A stretch of 64,000 nucleotides of DNA from Chiloscyllium plagiosum (lineage: Eukaryota), in NCBI RefSeq assembly GCF_004010195.1, contig NC_057751.1:18615543-18679542 (forward strand), in the 5' to 3' direction. The translations under genes and the position numbers were made by a program. Within the stretch, counting starts at the first letter, position 1; the number at the start of each line of letters is the position of its first letter. Shown here piece after piece: positions 1-13,087 of the stretch. Under the pieces are notes generated by a model, which was given only the letters and a program-made list of their open reading frames with translations, was not told the origin of the DNA and ran no database searches.

Positions 1-302
1 TAACCGTCGTGTTGCTATGGTCTGGCGATGGAGGAGTCCAAGGACCTGCATGTCCTTGGTGGAGTGGGAGGGGGAATTGAAATGTTGAGCCACAGGGTGG
101 TTGGGTTGGTTGGTCCGGGTGTCCCAGAGGTGTTCTCTGAAACGCTCCGCAAGTAGGCGGCCTGTCTCCCCAATATAGAGTGCACACACATCGGATGCAG
201 AGGATGCAATAGATGATGTTTGTGGAGGTGCAGGTGAATCTGTGGCGGATATGGAAGTTTCCTTTGGGGCCTTGGAGGGAGGTGAGGGGGGATGTGTGGG
301 CG
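1..302 (-). mobile_element. Penelope-like element, GIY-YIG endonuclease fragment
   Basis: Minus-strand translation reads FTCTSTNIIYCI...[39 protein letters not shown]; same family as 38843-39512. Confidence 0.85.
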
Positions 303-409
303 ATGGCAGATCAACTGCTATGAATCTCCATGACGATGCACTTTGCCAAAAAATGGGAAAATTTAGGTTATCATTTTGATCTAATCCTCGTATTAATATT
401 GATTTACAG

Positions 410-493
410 ATGATCAGAATCTGGGAATGTGTGACAACCGAATGGCAGACGATTCAAGCAGCAAAGAAGATAAACAGCTTCAGGAATGAGAAA
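410..493 (+). pseudogene. Exon-like cassette copy 1 (disabled candidate NLR first coding exon)
   Basis: tttacag|atgatcagaatctggga... with ATG at 442 (MADDSSSKEDKQLQE*). It is frameshifted relative to copy 3 and paralogous to the copies at 6338, 11824 and 14182. Confidence 0.5.
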
Positions 494-2308
494 GTATGCT
501 CCCACCCCCCCCGAATAAGTGTCTGATTTTGTCACATTATTAGCATGAAGAGGAATTCTAATGTAATGAAAAGTGAAATCACTTAGTAAAGAAAAATTGA
601 AACGATTTGGAGTTGGGGGCAAAGTGTAGGTCTCAAAGTTTGCAGGTGACACTAAGATGCATGATAGAGCAAAGTGTGAAGACGGAATCCAATAGGTAAG
701 TGGGCAAGGATCTGGCAGATGGAGTACAATGTTGGTAAATCCATATTGGTGGGAATAACAGCAAAGTGGGCTATTTAAATGGTGAAAAATTGCAGAATGG
801 TGCTGTAGAGAAGGCATCAGACAGGAAATTAGAGATGCGTGCAGCAAGGCTACAGCAGGTATTAGGTGACTTTAATCTGCATGTTGATTGGACTAACAAA
901 ACTAGTTGCAATGCGATGGAAGAGGATTTCTTGGAACATATGAGGGATTGTTTCCTCAACCAGTATGTTAAGGATCCAACTAGAGACTAGGCCATCGTAG
1001 ATGGGGTATTGTGAAATGAGAGAATTAACAACCTTATGGGTGTGAAATCCTTGGGGAAGAGTGACCACAGTATGATAGAATTCTTTATTCAGATGAAGAG
1101 TGACGCAGTTAAATTTGAGATGAGGATCCTGAAATTAAAGCTAACTTTGGCACGAGACATGCATTGGCTAGGATAAACAAACCAAGGATACCTTCACGGG
1201 TTGATGATGAATAGGAAATGGCAGACATTTAAGGAACGTGTAGATGAACTTCAGCAATTGTACATCGTGTCTGGTGTAAGAGCAAAACAGGGAAGGTGGC
1301 TCAACCATGTCTGATAAGCGAAAATCAGTGATAGTGTTAAAGCCAAAGAGAATTCATCTAAATTGGCCTGAAAAAGCAAACCTGACGACTAGGACAAATT
1401 TAAAATTCAACAAGGGGTTTAAGAAGGGGAAAAGAAAATACAAAGTAAGTTTGCAGAAAATGTTTAAATGCATAAGCTTGTACTGATTTGTGAAGACAAG
1501 ACGACTGGTGAGAACAAGCTCTTAAAGTTAGAATCATGGAAATTCATGATGGACAACTAAGAGACGGCTGGCCAGTTGAACAAATACTTTGGATCTGCTT
1601 TCACCAAGGAGAACACAAATAACCTTCCTGAAATGCCAGGGGACAGTGTGTCAAGCATGAGGGAGGAACTGAAGGAAATCCTTATCAGTGAGGTATTGGG
1701 GAAAATTGGTGGAATTAAAATCCATTTTGTCCTAAGGCCTGATGCTATGTATCCCTGAGTACTTAAGCCAGTGGCCCCAGAAATAGTGAATGCATTGGTG
1801 ATCATTTTACAGCATTCTATAGACTCTGGAAGAGTTTCAATGGACTGAAGAGTGGCTAATGTAACCCCACTTTTGTGAAAAAGGAGGGAGAGGGAAGTGA
1901 GGAATTACAGACCGGTTAGCCTGACATCGGTGGTGGGGATGATGCTCAAGTCAGTTATTTAAGGATGTAATAACTGAGCATTGAGAAAGCAGTGACAGGT
2001 TCGGTCTAAGTCAGCAAGGATTCATGAAAAGGGAATCGTGCTTGACAAATCTTCTGAGGATGTGACCAGTGGAGTGAATCTCTAGACAAGGGTGAATCAG
2101 TGGATGATGTAGTATCTGGGCTTTGAAAAGGCTTTCAACAAGCTTCCACGCAAGGTTAGTAAACAAAATTGAAACCCTCATGGTGTCTGAGGGATTGTAT
2201 TGATGTTGATAGAGAACTGTCTTCACCTATCTCCACCACCTCCCTGACCCTGCCACCCTCTTTATCTGCAGCTGCCCCCACACCCACCCCCAGTCCTGAA
2301 GAGAGGTT

Positions 2309-2566
2309 ACACCTGAAACATAGACATCTCCTCCACCTCCTGATCCGGCCTGGCTGTGTTCTTCCAGCCTCCTGCCTTTCTATTTGGAATGCAGCATCTG
2401 CAGTTTTTTTTTGTTTCTGATCGAGAACTAGTTGGCACACCTGAAACATAGACATCTCCTCCACTTCCTGATGCTGCCTGGCTTTGTGTTCTTCCAGCCT
2501 CCTGCCTTTCTATTTGGAATGCAGCATCTGCAGTTTTTTTTTGTTTCTGATCGAGAACTAGTTGGC
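2309..2566 (+). repeat. ~128-130 bp tandem duplication spanning a Penelope-like terminal repeat and its CR1 flank
   Basis: acacctgaaacatagacatctcc...gatcgagaactagttggc occurs at 2309-2436 and again at 2437-2566. Confidence 0.9.
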
Positions 2567-3220
2567 AGAGTTCAGTGCTTGGATCCCAGCTGTTCACTAT
2601 GCGTTAGCAATTTGGACGAAGGAATTGAATGCAGTCTTTCCAAATTTGCCAATGATACTAAGGTGGGTGGCAGGGCCTCCGGTGAGGAGGATGGCAAGAG
2701 GCTGCAGGCTGTTCAAGCGGGCAAATACTTGGCAGATGTAGTATAATGTGGATAAATGTGAGGTTATGCACTTTGGTTGCATGGAGAGGAAGGCTGATTT
2801 ACTAGTTGAATGGTGGCAGTTTAGGAAAAGGTGAGGTGCAACCAGACCTGGGTGTCATGGTGAAATAGTCGCTGAAGGTTAGCATGTGGGTGAAGCAGAC
2901 AGTGAGGAAAGGTAACAACATGCTGGCCCTCCTAGCAAGAGGGTCTGAGTATAGGAGTAGGGATGTTTTACTGAAGTTATACAGGGCTTTGGTGAGGCCA
3001 TACCTTGAGTATTGTGTGCAGTTCTGGTCTCCTAATTTGAGGAAAACATTCTTGCTGTTGAGGGAGCAAGTGAACATTCACCAGACTTAGTTCCAGGATG
3101 ACAGGACTGACAGATGAACCAAGACTGGATCAATTGGGCCTGTCCTCACTGGAATTTGTAAGAATGAGGTCTATCTGATAGAAACATATATAATTCTGAT
3201 GGACCTAGACAGGCTGGATG

Positions 3221-3813
3221 TAGAACATAACGTACAGCACAGAACAGGCCCTTAGGCCCACGATGTTGTGCCGAGACTTTATCCTAATGTAAAATATAGT
3301 AACTTAACCTATGCAGCCCTCGACTCATTGCTGTCCATGTGCATGTCCAGCAGTGGCTTAAATGTCGCCAATGACTTTGTTTCCATCACTTCAGCTGGCA
3401 ACGCATTCCATGCATTCGCAACTCTCTGCGTAAAGAACCTACCTTCCTCCTAATATATTCAAACTATGACTTCTCGTACCAGTCAATCCTGCCCTGGTGA
3501 AAAGTCTCTGCCTATTGACTCGATCTATTCCTCTCATTATTTTGTACACCTTGATCAGGTTTCCTCTCTTCCTCCTCCTCTCCAGAAAGAAAAGTCTGAG
3601 CTTATTCAACCTTTCTTCATAAGGCCAGCCCTCCAGTCCAGGCAGCATCCTGGTAAACCTTCTTTGCACCCTCTCCACATCCTCTGTATCTTTCCTAAAA
3701 TAGGGCGATCAGAACTGGACACAATATTCCAAGTGTGGCCTCACCGGGACTTGTAGAGCTGCAGCAAAACCTCATGGCTCTTAAACTTGATACCCCTGTT
3801 GATGAAAGCCAAA
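3221..3813 (-). mobile_element. 5'-truncated CR1 (younger subfamily) nested in the older CR1
   Basis: ORF 3439..3678 [15 protein letters not shown]...LFFLERRR; tail reads agaacataacgtacagcacagaacaggccc on +. Confidence 0.9.
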
Positions 3814-4631
3814 AATGTTCCCATTTTGAGAAATTCCAGATCTATGAATAAGGGTAAGCCATTCAGGACTGAGACAAGAAAAAAATTACTTCAATCAGCG
3901 TTGTGAACTTGTGAAATTCTCTCCCACAGAACACTGTTGGGCCCAGTTCATTAGATAAATTCAAAAGGGATCTGAATGTGGCCTTTGTGGTTAAAGGGCT
4001 GAAGTGGTATGTAGAGAGTAGGAGTGGGAAACTGAAATTGTTTGATCAGCAATGATCATATTGAATGGTGGTGCAGGCTCGAAGAGCCGAATGGTCTAGT
4101 CCTGCACCTATGTTCTATGTTTCCCTACTGTCAGACCTGCAGTTTTTCTCCCACCTTTTTTGTTTCTCTTGTACAGTATTGGCCAAAACCATGAAGTTAA
4201 TATCATAACCGTTGGAAAATCTCACCTGAGTCAATGTTTCTGGTTCCGTGACCCTTCAGTGGTCCACTGGACCATTGGACCCAAAGCATTCACTCTGATT
4301 ATTCTGCAGCACATCTGGCAGCATGTAATGAGATAGCGATAGGTTCAATCAGCGGCCAAAATTGGCAAATGAAAGTATAATGTTGAAAAATGTGAATCTG
4401 AACATTTTGGAAAGGGGAATAAAAGAACTGAAACCAAAAAATTTAAATGGGGAGAAACTGCAGAAAGCTGCAACACCAAAGGACTTGAGGCGACTTGTGC
4501 ACAAAATGCATAGTCTCAGAATAAAAAAGCTCCAGTTTCTCACAGAAATGAGGAGGAATTTATTCCCTTGGAGTGTTGCAAGGCTTCAGAACTCTTTGGC
4601 ACAGAGAGCTGTGGCAGCAGAGTCCTTGTGT

Positions 4632-4940
4632 AGATTAGATTAGATTCCCTACAGTGTGGAAACAGGCCCTTGGGTCCAACAAGCTCACACCGACCCTTCG
4701 AAGAATAACCCAACCAGACCCATTTCCCTCTGAATGATGCACTTCACACTACAGGCAATTTAGCATGACCAATCCACCTAACCTGCACATCTTTTGGACT
4801 GTGAGGAAACCAGAGCACCCGGAGGAAACCCACGCAGAGACTGGGAGAATGTGCAAACTCCACACACAGTCACCCGAGCTAGAATCGAACCTGGGTCCCT
4901 GGTGCTGAGGCAGCAGTGCTAACCACTGAGCCACCGTGCT
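4632..4940 (-). mobile_element. HE1-like tRNA-derived V-SINE
   Basis: Minus strand has A-box tggctcagtgg, B-box ggttcgattc, the central gtggagtttgcacattctccc domain and a (aatct)n tail. Confidence 0.88.
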
Positions 4941-6337
4941 GACGCAAAGGATATGGGGAGAAAGAAGGAACAGAGTATTGAATTGGATGCTCGGCCACAA
5001 TCCTCTTGAACGAATGACCTCTTCTTGTTCATATTTAGGGCCACGATAAATTCTAAATCAGCTGGGGAATTGAGTTGTGGTAGTGAAGGCAGGAAACTGC
5101 ATGTGCGGAATGTCAAATCAGCCATGATCCTATTGAATGGCATAGCAACCTCTGAGCCAAATGGTCTACTCCTGTTCCTATTTATAGTCTGTGGGGTGCT
5201 GGCCTATGGAGGAAGACCGGCTCAGGTGAAAATCTGTTCAGTGGAGTTATGACACATTAGTGTGGATCTCATGGAAAGCCATAAAATCCTAACAGGATGA
5301 AACAGTATGCACAGGAAGGGTGTTCCCATTGACTAGGCAATCCTATTCCAGGAGTCCAAGTCCAAGGTTACAGTGCAGGCCATTTAGGACTGGGATGAGG
5401 AGCATTTCCTTGCTCAGAAGTGACGCTGTGGAATTCTGACAAAGTTGTTGAAGCCAATACATTGAATGTTGTCAAGAAGGAGTTGAGTTCTTGGGCTAAA
5501 GGGATGAAAGGGTATGGGGAGAAAGAGGGAACAGAGTTGGATGCTCAGCCGCAACCATCTTGAACGACTGACCTCTTCCTGTTCCTATGCCGATATTCTA
5601 TGTTTCTGTTAGGTTAGAAATAACCAGAATGTATCTGTATAGGACTGAGGACTGCACAGTGATGATTCAGTGAAATAAATTCTTACCCCTTGGAATAATT
5701 GCCACTGAGGGGAATTAAAATGATCTCTAGAGGACTGTAACATGTTTCATAATGCATACAGAAGTTCTAAAAAAAACTTTTTTTAATAAAAAAATACACT
5801 AAAACTGAGTGCATAATGGATTTAGTAATGACTTATTGGTTCAAGACTATTTCCTATAAATGGGATGAGTAAATGGGATAAATAAAAATAGAAAATACAG
5901 GTGACATTCAGCATGAAGCATGTGAAATTCTAGTCCATTCCATCAGTTTTGTAGAGTTTGGGTTTGGGTTCCTGTGTCTGTGCCATTTACTGGGTTCTAG
6001 TGGTGCAGGGCCACAGGGTAACACACAATTCCTGACTAAGAGCATTTGAAGTGTTGTGGATCTAAAGTGTGTGTATAGTATCTGCAGTGTGAGCATCACA
6101 ATGTCCTGGCTGTGGCGAGAACCTGCACCTCTGTTTCCCATCAGTAGCGTGAACTGTGTGGGAAGAGGCCGGTGGCAGCTAATATGAGCTGAACAGCAGA
6201 CGATTGTGTGAGAAAGGTCAACATTGACCATGGTGCAGCAGCTGCCATGAGTATACCCCAGAAAGCACTTTGCCAAAAGATGGGAAAATTCAGTCCATTA
6301 TTTCTGTCTAATTTTTCCATTGTTGTATTTATTACAG

Positions 6338-6428
6338 ATAATCTGAATCTGGGATTCTATGACATGACAATGACTGAAGACTCAAACGGGGGGAAGATAC
6401 TACAACTTCAGGAATGAGCAAGGGCAAG
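6338..6428 (+). pseudogene. Exon-like cassette copy 2
   Basis: attacag|ataatctgaatctggga... with ATG at 6370 and donor aag|gtagtt. ATG to donor is 59 nt versus 61 nt in copy 3, so the frame stops at TGA 6415. Confidence 0.55.
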
Positions 6429-7316
6429 GTAGTTTTCCAAAATTCTTGGAAGCATATTTTTTCCCTGATCAGTGTCAGATTTTGTAACAATATTTGCAAG
6501 GAATGAGGTGTTAATTAATGAGAAAGGAAGTCTCTTGGTAAATAAAAGTAAAGTACAAAGTGGAAAAGTCATTCATTGACAAATCAAAATGACCGTTGAA
6601 TGTTGTATCTGACAATGTACAAATCATTCAGAATATATTGGCACGAAACATGAGGCATGAAACATTTAATCGTGTGTGTGTGTCTCTCCTACATAAGGGG
6701 TCCAGCGCACATGTGTAATAGGAACCGCAACGCTGCCCGTCTTGCTATTATCATAGGAATATCACATCCTGTGGCAATTTACACGAGCGTTTCAATGCAT
6801 AAATTGACATCAAACCATAAACAGAGGAATGAACATGGAGGTAGGAACATGTTCCCCTTTTTAACTTGTGACATGTTGGGGCATTTCATGCCAAGTGTCC
6901 AGTCATGAATAGCAGTGAATTTTCTCCATTGTTATCTGTTCCACCCATCAGTAATGTAACCGACTTCTGTGTCTTCCTACTCATGCAATCATGAGTCAGG
7001 AGAAGTGATATTCTTGCTGCTGTTTGGTCCTTCTGGTAACAAGCTGCAGGCACTATACATACTGCATCTAGGAACGACTTCACTCACTGTCCTCACAGGA
7101 AGCTGAAATATCTCCTACAGTGAAGCTGGCTCCTCACTTTCCAGATCGAAGCTGCATGTCCTAAGGCTGGAGTGGGAGCAATGATGGCCAACCTCTAACC
7201 AGTACACATACCAGAAGAAGCTGAGACACCAGACGCAACTGGCCTGGCCATTGATAGCTGCTGAGAATAGAGCATTCTCTGAGGTCAGATGCACTCCATA
7301 GCAGTGCAGGAGAATC

Positions 7317-7566
7317 ATAGAGCAATACAGCACAGAACAGGCCCTTCGGCCCACGATGTTGTGCCGAACATTTGTCCTAGCTTAAGCACCCATCCATGTA
7401 CCTATCCAATTGCCGCTTAAAGGTCACCAATGTGACTCTGCCATTCCCACAGGCAGTGCATTCCATGCCCCCACCACTCTCTCTGGGTAAAGAACCCACC
7501 CCTGACATCTCCCCTATACCTTCCACCCTTCACCTTAAATTTATGTCCCCTTGTAACACTCTGTTG
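7317..7566 (-). mobile_element. Young CR1 3' tip
   Basis: Nearly identical to 52570-52830, 25663-25862 and 56270-56428; aatcat is repeated at both ends. Confidence 0.85.
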
Positions 7567-8169
7567 CAAATAATCATCGATGATCCTCTGCTCTGCACAA
7601 GGGTGCGTGACACAATCTTCTCACTACCACCTCACACTTGTACTAAATCTGCTGCTGAGCATAGAGCGCACCAATGCTCACCTACTACTCTGGTTGCTGA
7701 CGCAAGCCTCCTTTCCCTCACCTGAGCAGTTGCCCTGCTCCAGCAACTCCAGCAGTCTTCTGTTGGAGTGTAAGGGGGCTATCCTCTGCGAGCTTGCTGA
7801 CAGTCTCGGCTTTGTTCTGCGAGACTTCCCTGCAGTGGGACCAAAGTAGGGACTAAGCATGAGGGAACAGGAAAGGAGTGGAGGTAGTGGAAACAAAAAC
7901 AGAAGAAGTTGTTGCATGAAGGTTTAATGATTTGGAGGATTGGGTGCGTGAGAGCTGTTAAATGGACGTGTTGGATGCAATAGTGAGTGTTACAGTACAT
8001 GAGCAGTGCCAGAGTTAGTGGGTGCTAATCCTGTGTAAGTGAAAGTAGTAGAATCTACCCTTGCAGAACACAGAAGGTAATTAACTTCTTTTCCACAATG
8101 CAATGTGTCTCTCTTTCGTGTCTGCATAGCATGCCTTGAGTCCTTAAGTCCCAGCCCAGGATGGCTGAG

Positions 8170-11100
8170 CATGTCAAGTACTCTTGGCAGTCAGCGGTAA
8201 ACTGCACTGCTTTGATCTTGAACACCCAAACCTCAGGGTCACTGTCGGAGAGACTGGGTGCGAGCTCCCCTTTGTGTCTTTCACTGGGTTCTAGTGGGAA
8301 AGGGTTTATAAGCTGTTAGATTGTTTTGGAACTTTTGGAGTGATAAAAGTTGAAACAGTGGCATTTTTAAAAGGATGAGTGTCAGACAACAGGCACCACG
8401 TAATCAGCGCAAGATAAAGAAACTGACATTGCTAACTGACACAGCAGTGAACCTGCACAGTTACTGCCTTTGCTGTTTTGAATTCATGTATCGCTGGCCA
8501 TGGGAGTGCATCTGGGAAAAATTTAAGTAAAAGCAAAATTCATAACTGATCTTAGGAATCTGTTTGGGTGTGGTCACAGCACAGAAAGAGCTAAGTTAAT
8601 AATTTTAAGTGTAGCCTTGCTGTATATCTACAATAGTGAGTAGAGTGGGTTCGTTCTTGATTATATGTTTTATTAAGATATGTCTCTTTATTGCTTGTAT
8701 TTCTAAGTTTAGTGTTAAGTTAGCCTAGACCAGTGTTTTGTAGAGGAATAAGATGGTGCTCTTTTCTGGGTCTGTAGATTGGTAGAAGTAAAACTAGCCT
8801 TTAGTAGAATGGTATGCTCTTCCTATTAAATGTGCGAGTTTGGGGAGAGTTTACATGTTACTGAAGATTATATCTGCGATAAATGCCATTGGTTGCAAAT
8901 CCTAATAGATCGGTTGGAGTGACACTTGGAGGCAATGAGGACTTTACAAGAGCAAGGGACTGTGATGGATGGCAGTTACAGGAAGGGAGAAAAGCCATGA
9001 TCCAGTCACATAAATGGGTTAACTCCAGGAAAGGTTAGAGAGCTCGGCAGGTAATGTGGCCATCCCCATTTCAAACAAGTATGCAGTTTAGAAAACGTAG
9101 GGGTGATTGGTTCTCAAGAATGTAGCATGAACAACCAAGTTTCTGGTGTTAAGACAGGCTCTAATGCAATGAGGAGTATGTCTGGTTTGAAGCGATTGAT
9201 TGTGATAGGAAACTCTCTCGACAAAGGCACCGACATATGTTTCTGCGGCCAGCAGCGAAAAATCAGAGTGGTGTGTTTCCTCCCTGCTGCCAGGATCAAA
9301 GATGCCCCCGAGATGGTGCAGAATGTACTGAAAGGGGAGAGGGACCAGCAGAAGGTCATTGCTTCCAATGTGTACAATGACATTGGAAGGAAAAAAGATG
9401 AGATTCTGAACAGAGAATATAGAAAGTTAAGCAGGAATTTAAAAAGGAAGTTTCTCAAGGGTAATATCTGGATTATTCCCAGTGCTACAAGCTAACAACG
9501 GTAGGAATAGGAGGATAGAGCAAATGAATGCATGTCTGCGGAGCTGCTGTATGGGAGAAGGATTCCTTTTTTTTTTTTGGATCATTGGAATCTCTTCTCG
9601 GGTAGAAGTGACCTGTACAAGAATGATGGATTGCACCTGAATTGGAAGGGGACTAATATACTGGCAAGGAGATTTGCTAGAGCTGCTCAATGAGAGTATA
9701 CTTGAGGGAAATCGGGAGGGCAAAACGGTGGCATGAGATAGCTTTGGGAAATAGTTAAGGAGAATCCCAAGGTTTTTTACAAATACATTAAGGACAAAAG
9801 GCTAACTAGGGAGAGAATAGGGCCCCTCCGAGACCAGCAAGGTGGCCTTTGTGTGTAGATGAGGGAGATGCTGAACGAGTATTTTGCATCATTGTTTCCT
9901 GCAGAGAAGGACAAGGAAGACAGTGTAGGGAAATAGATGATGACACCTTGAACAATGTCCATATTACAGAGGAGGATGTACTGAATGTCTTGAAATGCAT
10001 AAAAGTGGATAAATTCCCAGGGCCTGATCAGTTGTACCTTAGGACTCTATGGGAAGAGAAGGAACTGTTTGCTGGGCCCCTTGCTGAAATATTTGTATCA
10101 TTGATAGTCACAGGTGAGGTGCGGGAAGACTGGAGGTTGGCTAATGCAGTACCACTATTGAAGAAAGGTGGTAAGGAAAAGTCAAGGAATTCCAGACAGG
10201 TGAGCCTGACGTGTGGTGGGCAAGTTGTTGGAGGGAATCCTGAGGGACAGGACTTACATCTATTTGGATAGGCAAGGACTGATTAGGGATAGTCAACGTG
10301 GCTTTGTGTATGGGAAATTGTCTCACGAACTTGTTTGAGTTTTTTGAAGAAGTAACATAGAGGATTGATTAGGGCAGAGCAGTGAACATGATCTGTGTGG
10401 ACTTCAATAAGATGTTCGACAAGGTTCCCCATGGGAGACTGGTTAGCAAGGTTAGATCTCACGGAATACAGGGAGAACTAGCCATTTGGATACAGAACTG
10501 CTTGAAGGTAGAAGACAGAGGGCGGTGGGTGGAGGGTTGTTTTTCAGACTGGAGGCCTGTGACCAGTGGAGTGCCACAAGGATTGGTGCTGGGTCCGCTA
10601 CTTTGACATTTGTATAAATGATTTGGATGTGAACATGGGTATAGTTAGTAAGTTTGCAGATGGCACCAAAATTGGAGGTGTAGTGGACAGCAAAGAAGGT
10701 TACATTAGATTGCAATGGGATCTTGATCAGGTGGGCCAGTGGGCTGAGGAGTGACAGGTAGAGTTGAATTTAAATAAATGCAAGGTGCTGTATTTTGTGA
10801 AAGCAAATCTTAGGAGGAATTAAACATTTAATGGAAAGGTCCTAGAGTGTTGCTGAACAAAGAGACATTGGAGTGCAGTAGAGTCACGGATAGGATAGTG
10901 AAGAAAGTCTTTGGTATGCTTTCCTTTTGTTGGTCAGAGCATTGAGTATAAGATTTGGAGGTCATGTTGCAGTTTTACAGGACATTGGTTAGGCTACTGT
11001 TGGAATATTGCATGCAATTCTTGTCTATTTCCTATCTGAAGGATGTTGTGAACCTTGAAAGGGTTTACAAGGATGTTGCCAGGGTTGGAGGATTTGAGTT

Positions 11101-11515
11101 ATAGGGAGAGGCAGAATAGGCTAGGGCTGTTTTCCCTGCAGCATCAGAAGCTGAGGGGTGACCTTACAGAGTTTTGTAAAATCATGAAGGGCATGGATAG
11201 GATAAATAGACAAGGTCTTTTCTCTGGGCTGGTGGAGTTCAGAACCAGAGGGCATAGGTTTAGGGTAAGAGGGGAAAGATTATAAAAGAGGCGTAAGGGG
11301 CAAAGTTTCAATGCAGAGGGTGGTACATGTATGGAATGAGCTGCTAGAGGAAGTGGTGGAGGCTGGTGCAGTTGTAACATCTGAATGGGTATATGAATAG
11401 GGAGGGATGGGGCCAAGTGCTGGCAAGTGGGACTAGGTTAGGATATCTGGTTTGGTATGGATGAGTTTGACCGAAGGGTCTGTTTTGGTGTTAAACACCT
11501 TGATGACTCTATGAC
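8170..11515 (+). mobile_element. Near full-length CR1 with ORF1 (Zn-finger plus SGNH-esterase-like) and RT; endonuclease region deleted near 9690
   Basis: LIVIGNSLDKGTDICFCG..VCFLPAARIKD (9103..9495), [41 protein letters not shown], and tail atgactctatgac. Confidence 0.9.
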
Positions 11516-11823
11516 CACAGTATAGCGGCCAGTTCTGAGAGCATCTGAATTTTTGTGGATCTGGTATCAGCGGCATGAGCATCACAATGTCCCAGCTGTG
11601 GTGAGAACCTGTGCCACTCTTTCCAGTTGGTAGCATGAACTGTGTGGGAAGAGGCTGGTGGCAGCATTAATACACTGAACAGCGGACGATTGTGTAAGAA
11701 AAGTCAGCACTGACTATGGTGGAGCAGCTGCCATGAATCAACCTCAGAACACATTTGGCTTAAAAATGGGAAAATTCAGTCCATTATTTCTGTCTAATCT
11801 TTCCATCATTATATTTATGACAG

Positions 11824-11918
11824 GTAATTAGAATCTGGGATAGGGGGTGAAACCCCAACGGCTGAAGATCCAGACAGAGGAAAAGATACCACAACTTCAG
11901 GAATTAGCAAGGACACAG
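11824..11918 (+). pseudogene. Exon-like cassette copy 3 (frame intact, start codon ACG)
   Basis: atgacag| acceptor; ACG at 11858, aligned with ATG in copies 1 and 2, then AEDPDRGKDTTTSGISKDT and a phase-1 donor acag|gtagtt compatible with exon 24326. Confidence 0.55.
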
Positions 11919-13087
11919 GTAGTTTGACCAAATTCTTGGAAGCACTTTTTTTTTATCCTGATCAGTGTCGGATTTTATAACATTATTTGTAAGGAAAGAG
12001 TTTTAAATTATTGAATAAAGAAGTCTCTTGGTAAATAAAAATGAAGTATAAAGTGGAAAAGTCACTAATTGATTAATCTTAAACTGTTGAATATTGTATC
12101 TGAAAATGTACAGATCATTAGGAATGCATTTGGCACGTCAGAGAACATAGAAGAATACAGCACAGTACAGGCCCTTCGGCCCTCGATGTTGCGCCGATCC
12201 AAGCCCACCTAACCTACACTAGCCCACTATCCTCCATATGCCTATCCAATGCCTGCTTAAATGCCCATAATGAGGGAGAGTCCACCACTGCTATTGGCAG
12301 GGCATTCCACGAACTCACGACTCGCTGAGTAAAGAACCTACCCCTAACATCTGTCCTATACCTACCCCCCGAGATATGAGGCATTTAATCTGGGTGTGTG
12401 TGTAGGGGGTGGGGAGGGAGTGACTTGGGGAAATTATTGTGCAGTTCAGCCTTATATAAGGCTTCCAGGGCAATATTATAAATAGAAGCCCAAAGTTGCC
12501 ATTATTAACTATTATTTTCACATCCTGTGAATATCACATCCTGTGGCAAATCAAAGGAGTATTTCAAAACATAAATTGACATCAAGCCACAAACTGAGGA
12601 GTGAACATAGAGGTGGGGCATCTCTTCCCCATTTTAGGTTGTGATATTTTGGGGCGTTTCATGTCAAGTGTCCAGTCATGACTAGCAGTGAATTTTCTCA
12701 TGTTGTTTTCTGCTGCACCCATCATCAGTTTCGTAACCGACGGCTTTGCCTTCCTGCTCTTGCAATCATGAGGCAGGAGCAGAGGTATTCTTGCTGCTGT
12801 TTGGTCCTTCTAGTTACAAGCTGCTGGCACTATAGATACTGCATCTAGGAACGACTTCACTCACTGTCCTCACAGGAAGCTGAAATATCTCCTACAGTGA
12901 AGCTGGCTCCTCACTTTGCAGATTGAAGCTGCACGTCCTGATGCAGGAATGGGAGCAATGATGACCAACCTGTAACCAGCTGAGATACCAGACACAGCTG
13001 GCCTGGCCATCGATAGCTGCCGAGAATAGTGCATTCTCTGAGGTCAGATGTACTGCATAGCAGTGCAGGAGAATCGTCAAAGATCCT

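Larger units (their letters stand above)
853..4125 (+). mobile_element. Degenerate CR1 LINE ORF2 (APE endonuclease to RT and 3' tail) with nested insertions
   Basis: [30 protein letters not shown] motif, [27 protein letters not shown]; ctatgttctatg tail at ~4110. Confidence 0.9.

Noticed and set aside
6950..7850. Possible coding exons in the duplicated non-TE block (ORFs 7115..7354, 12892..13080, 7580..7849)
   Set aside because: Frames are not preserved between the duplicates (indels, stops) and no motif is recognisable; possibly an old decayed transposon.
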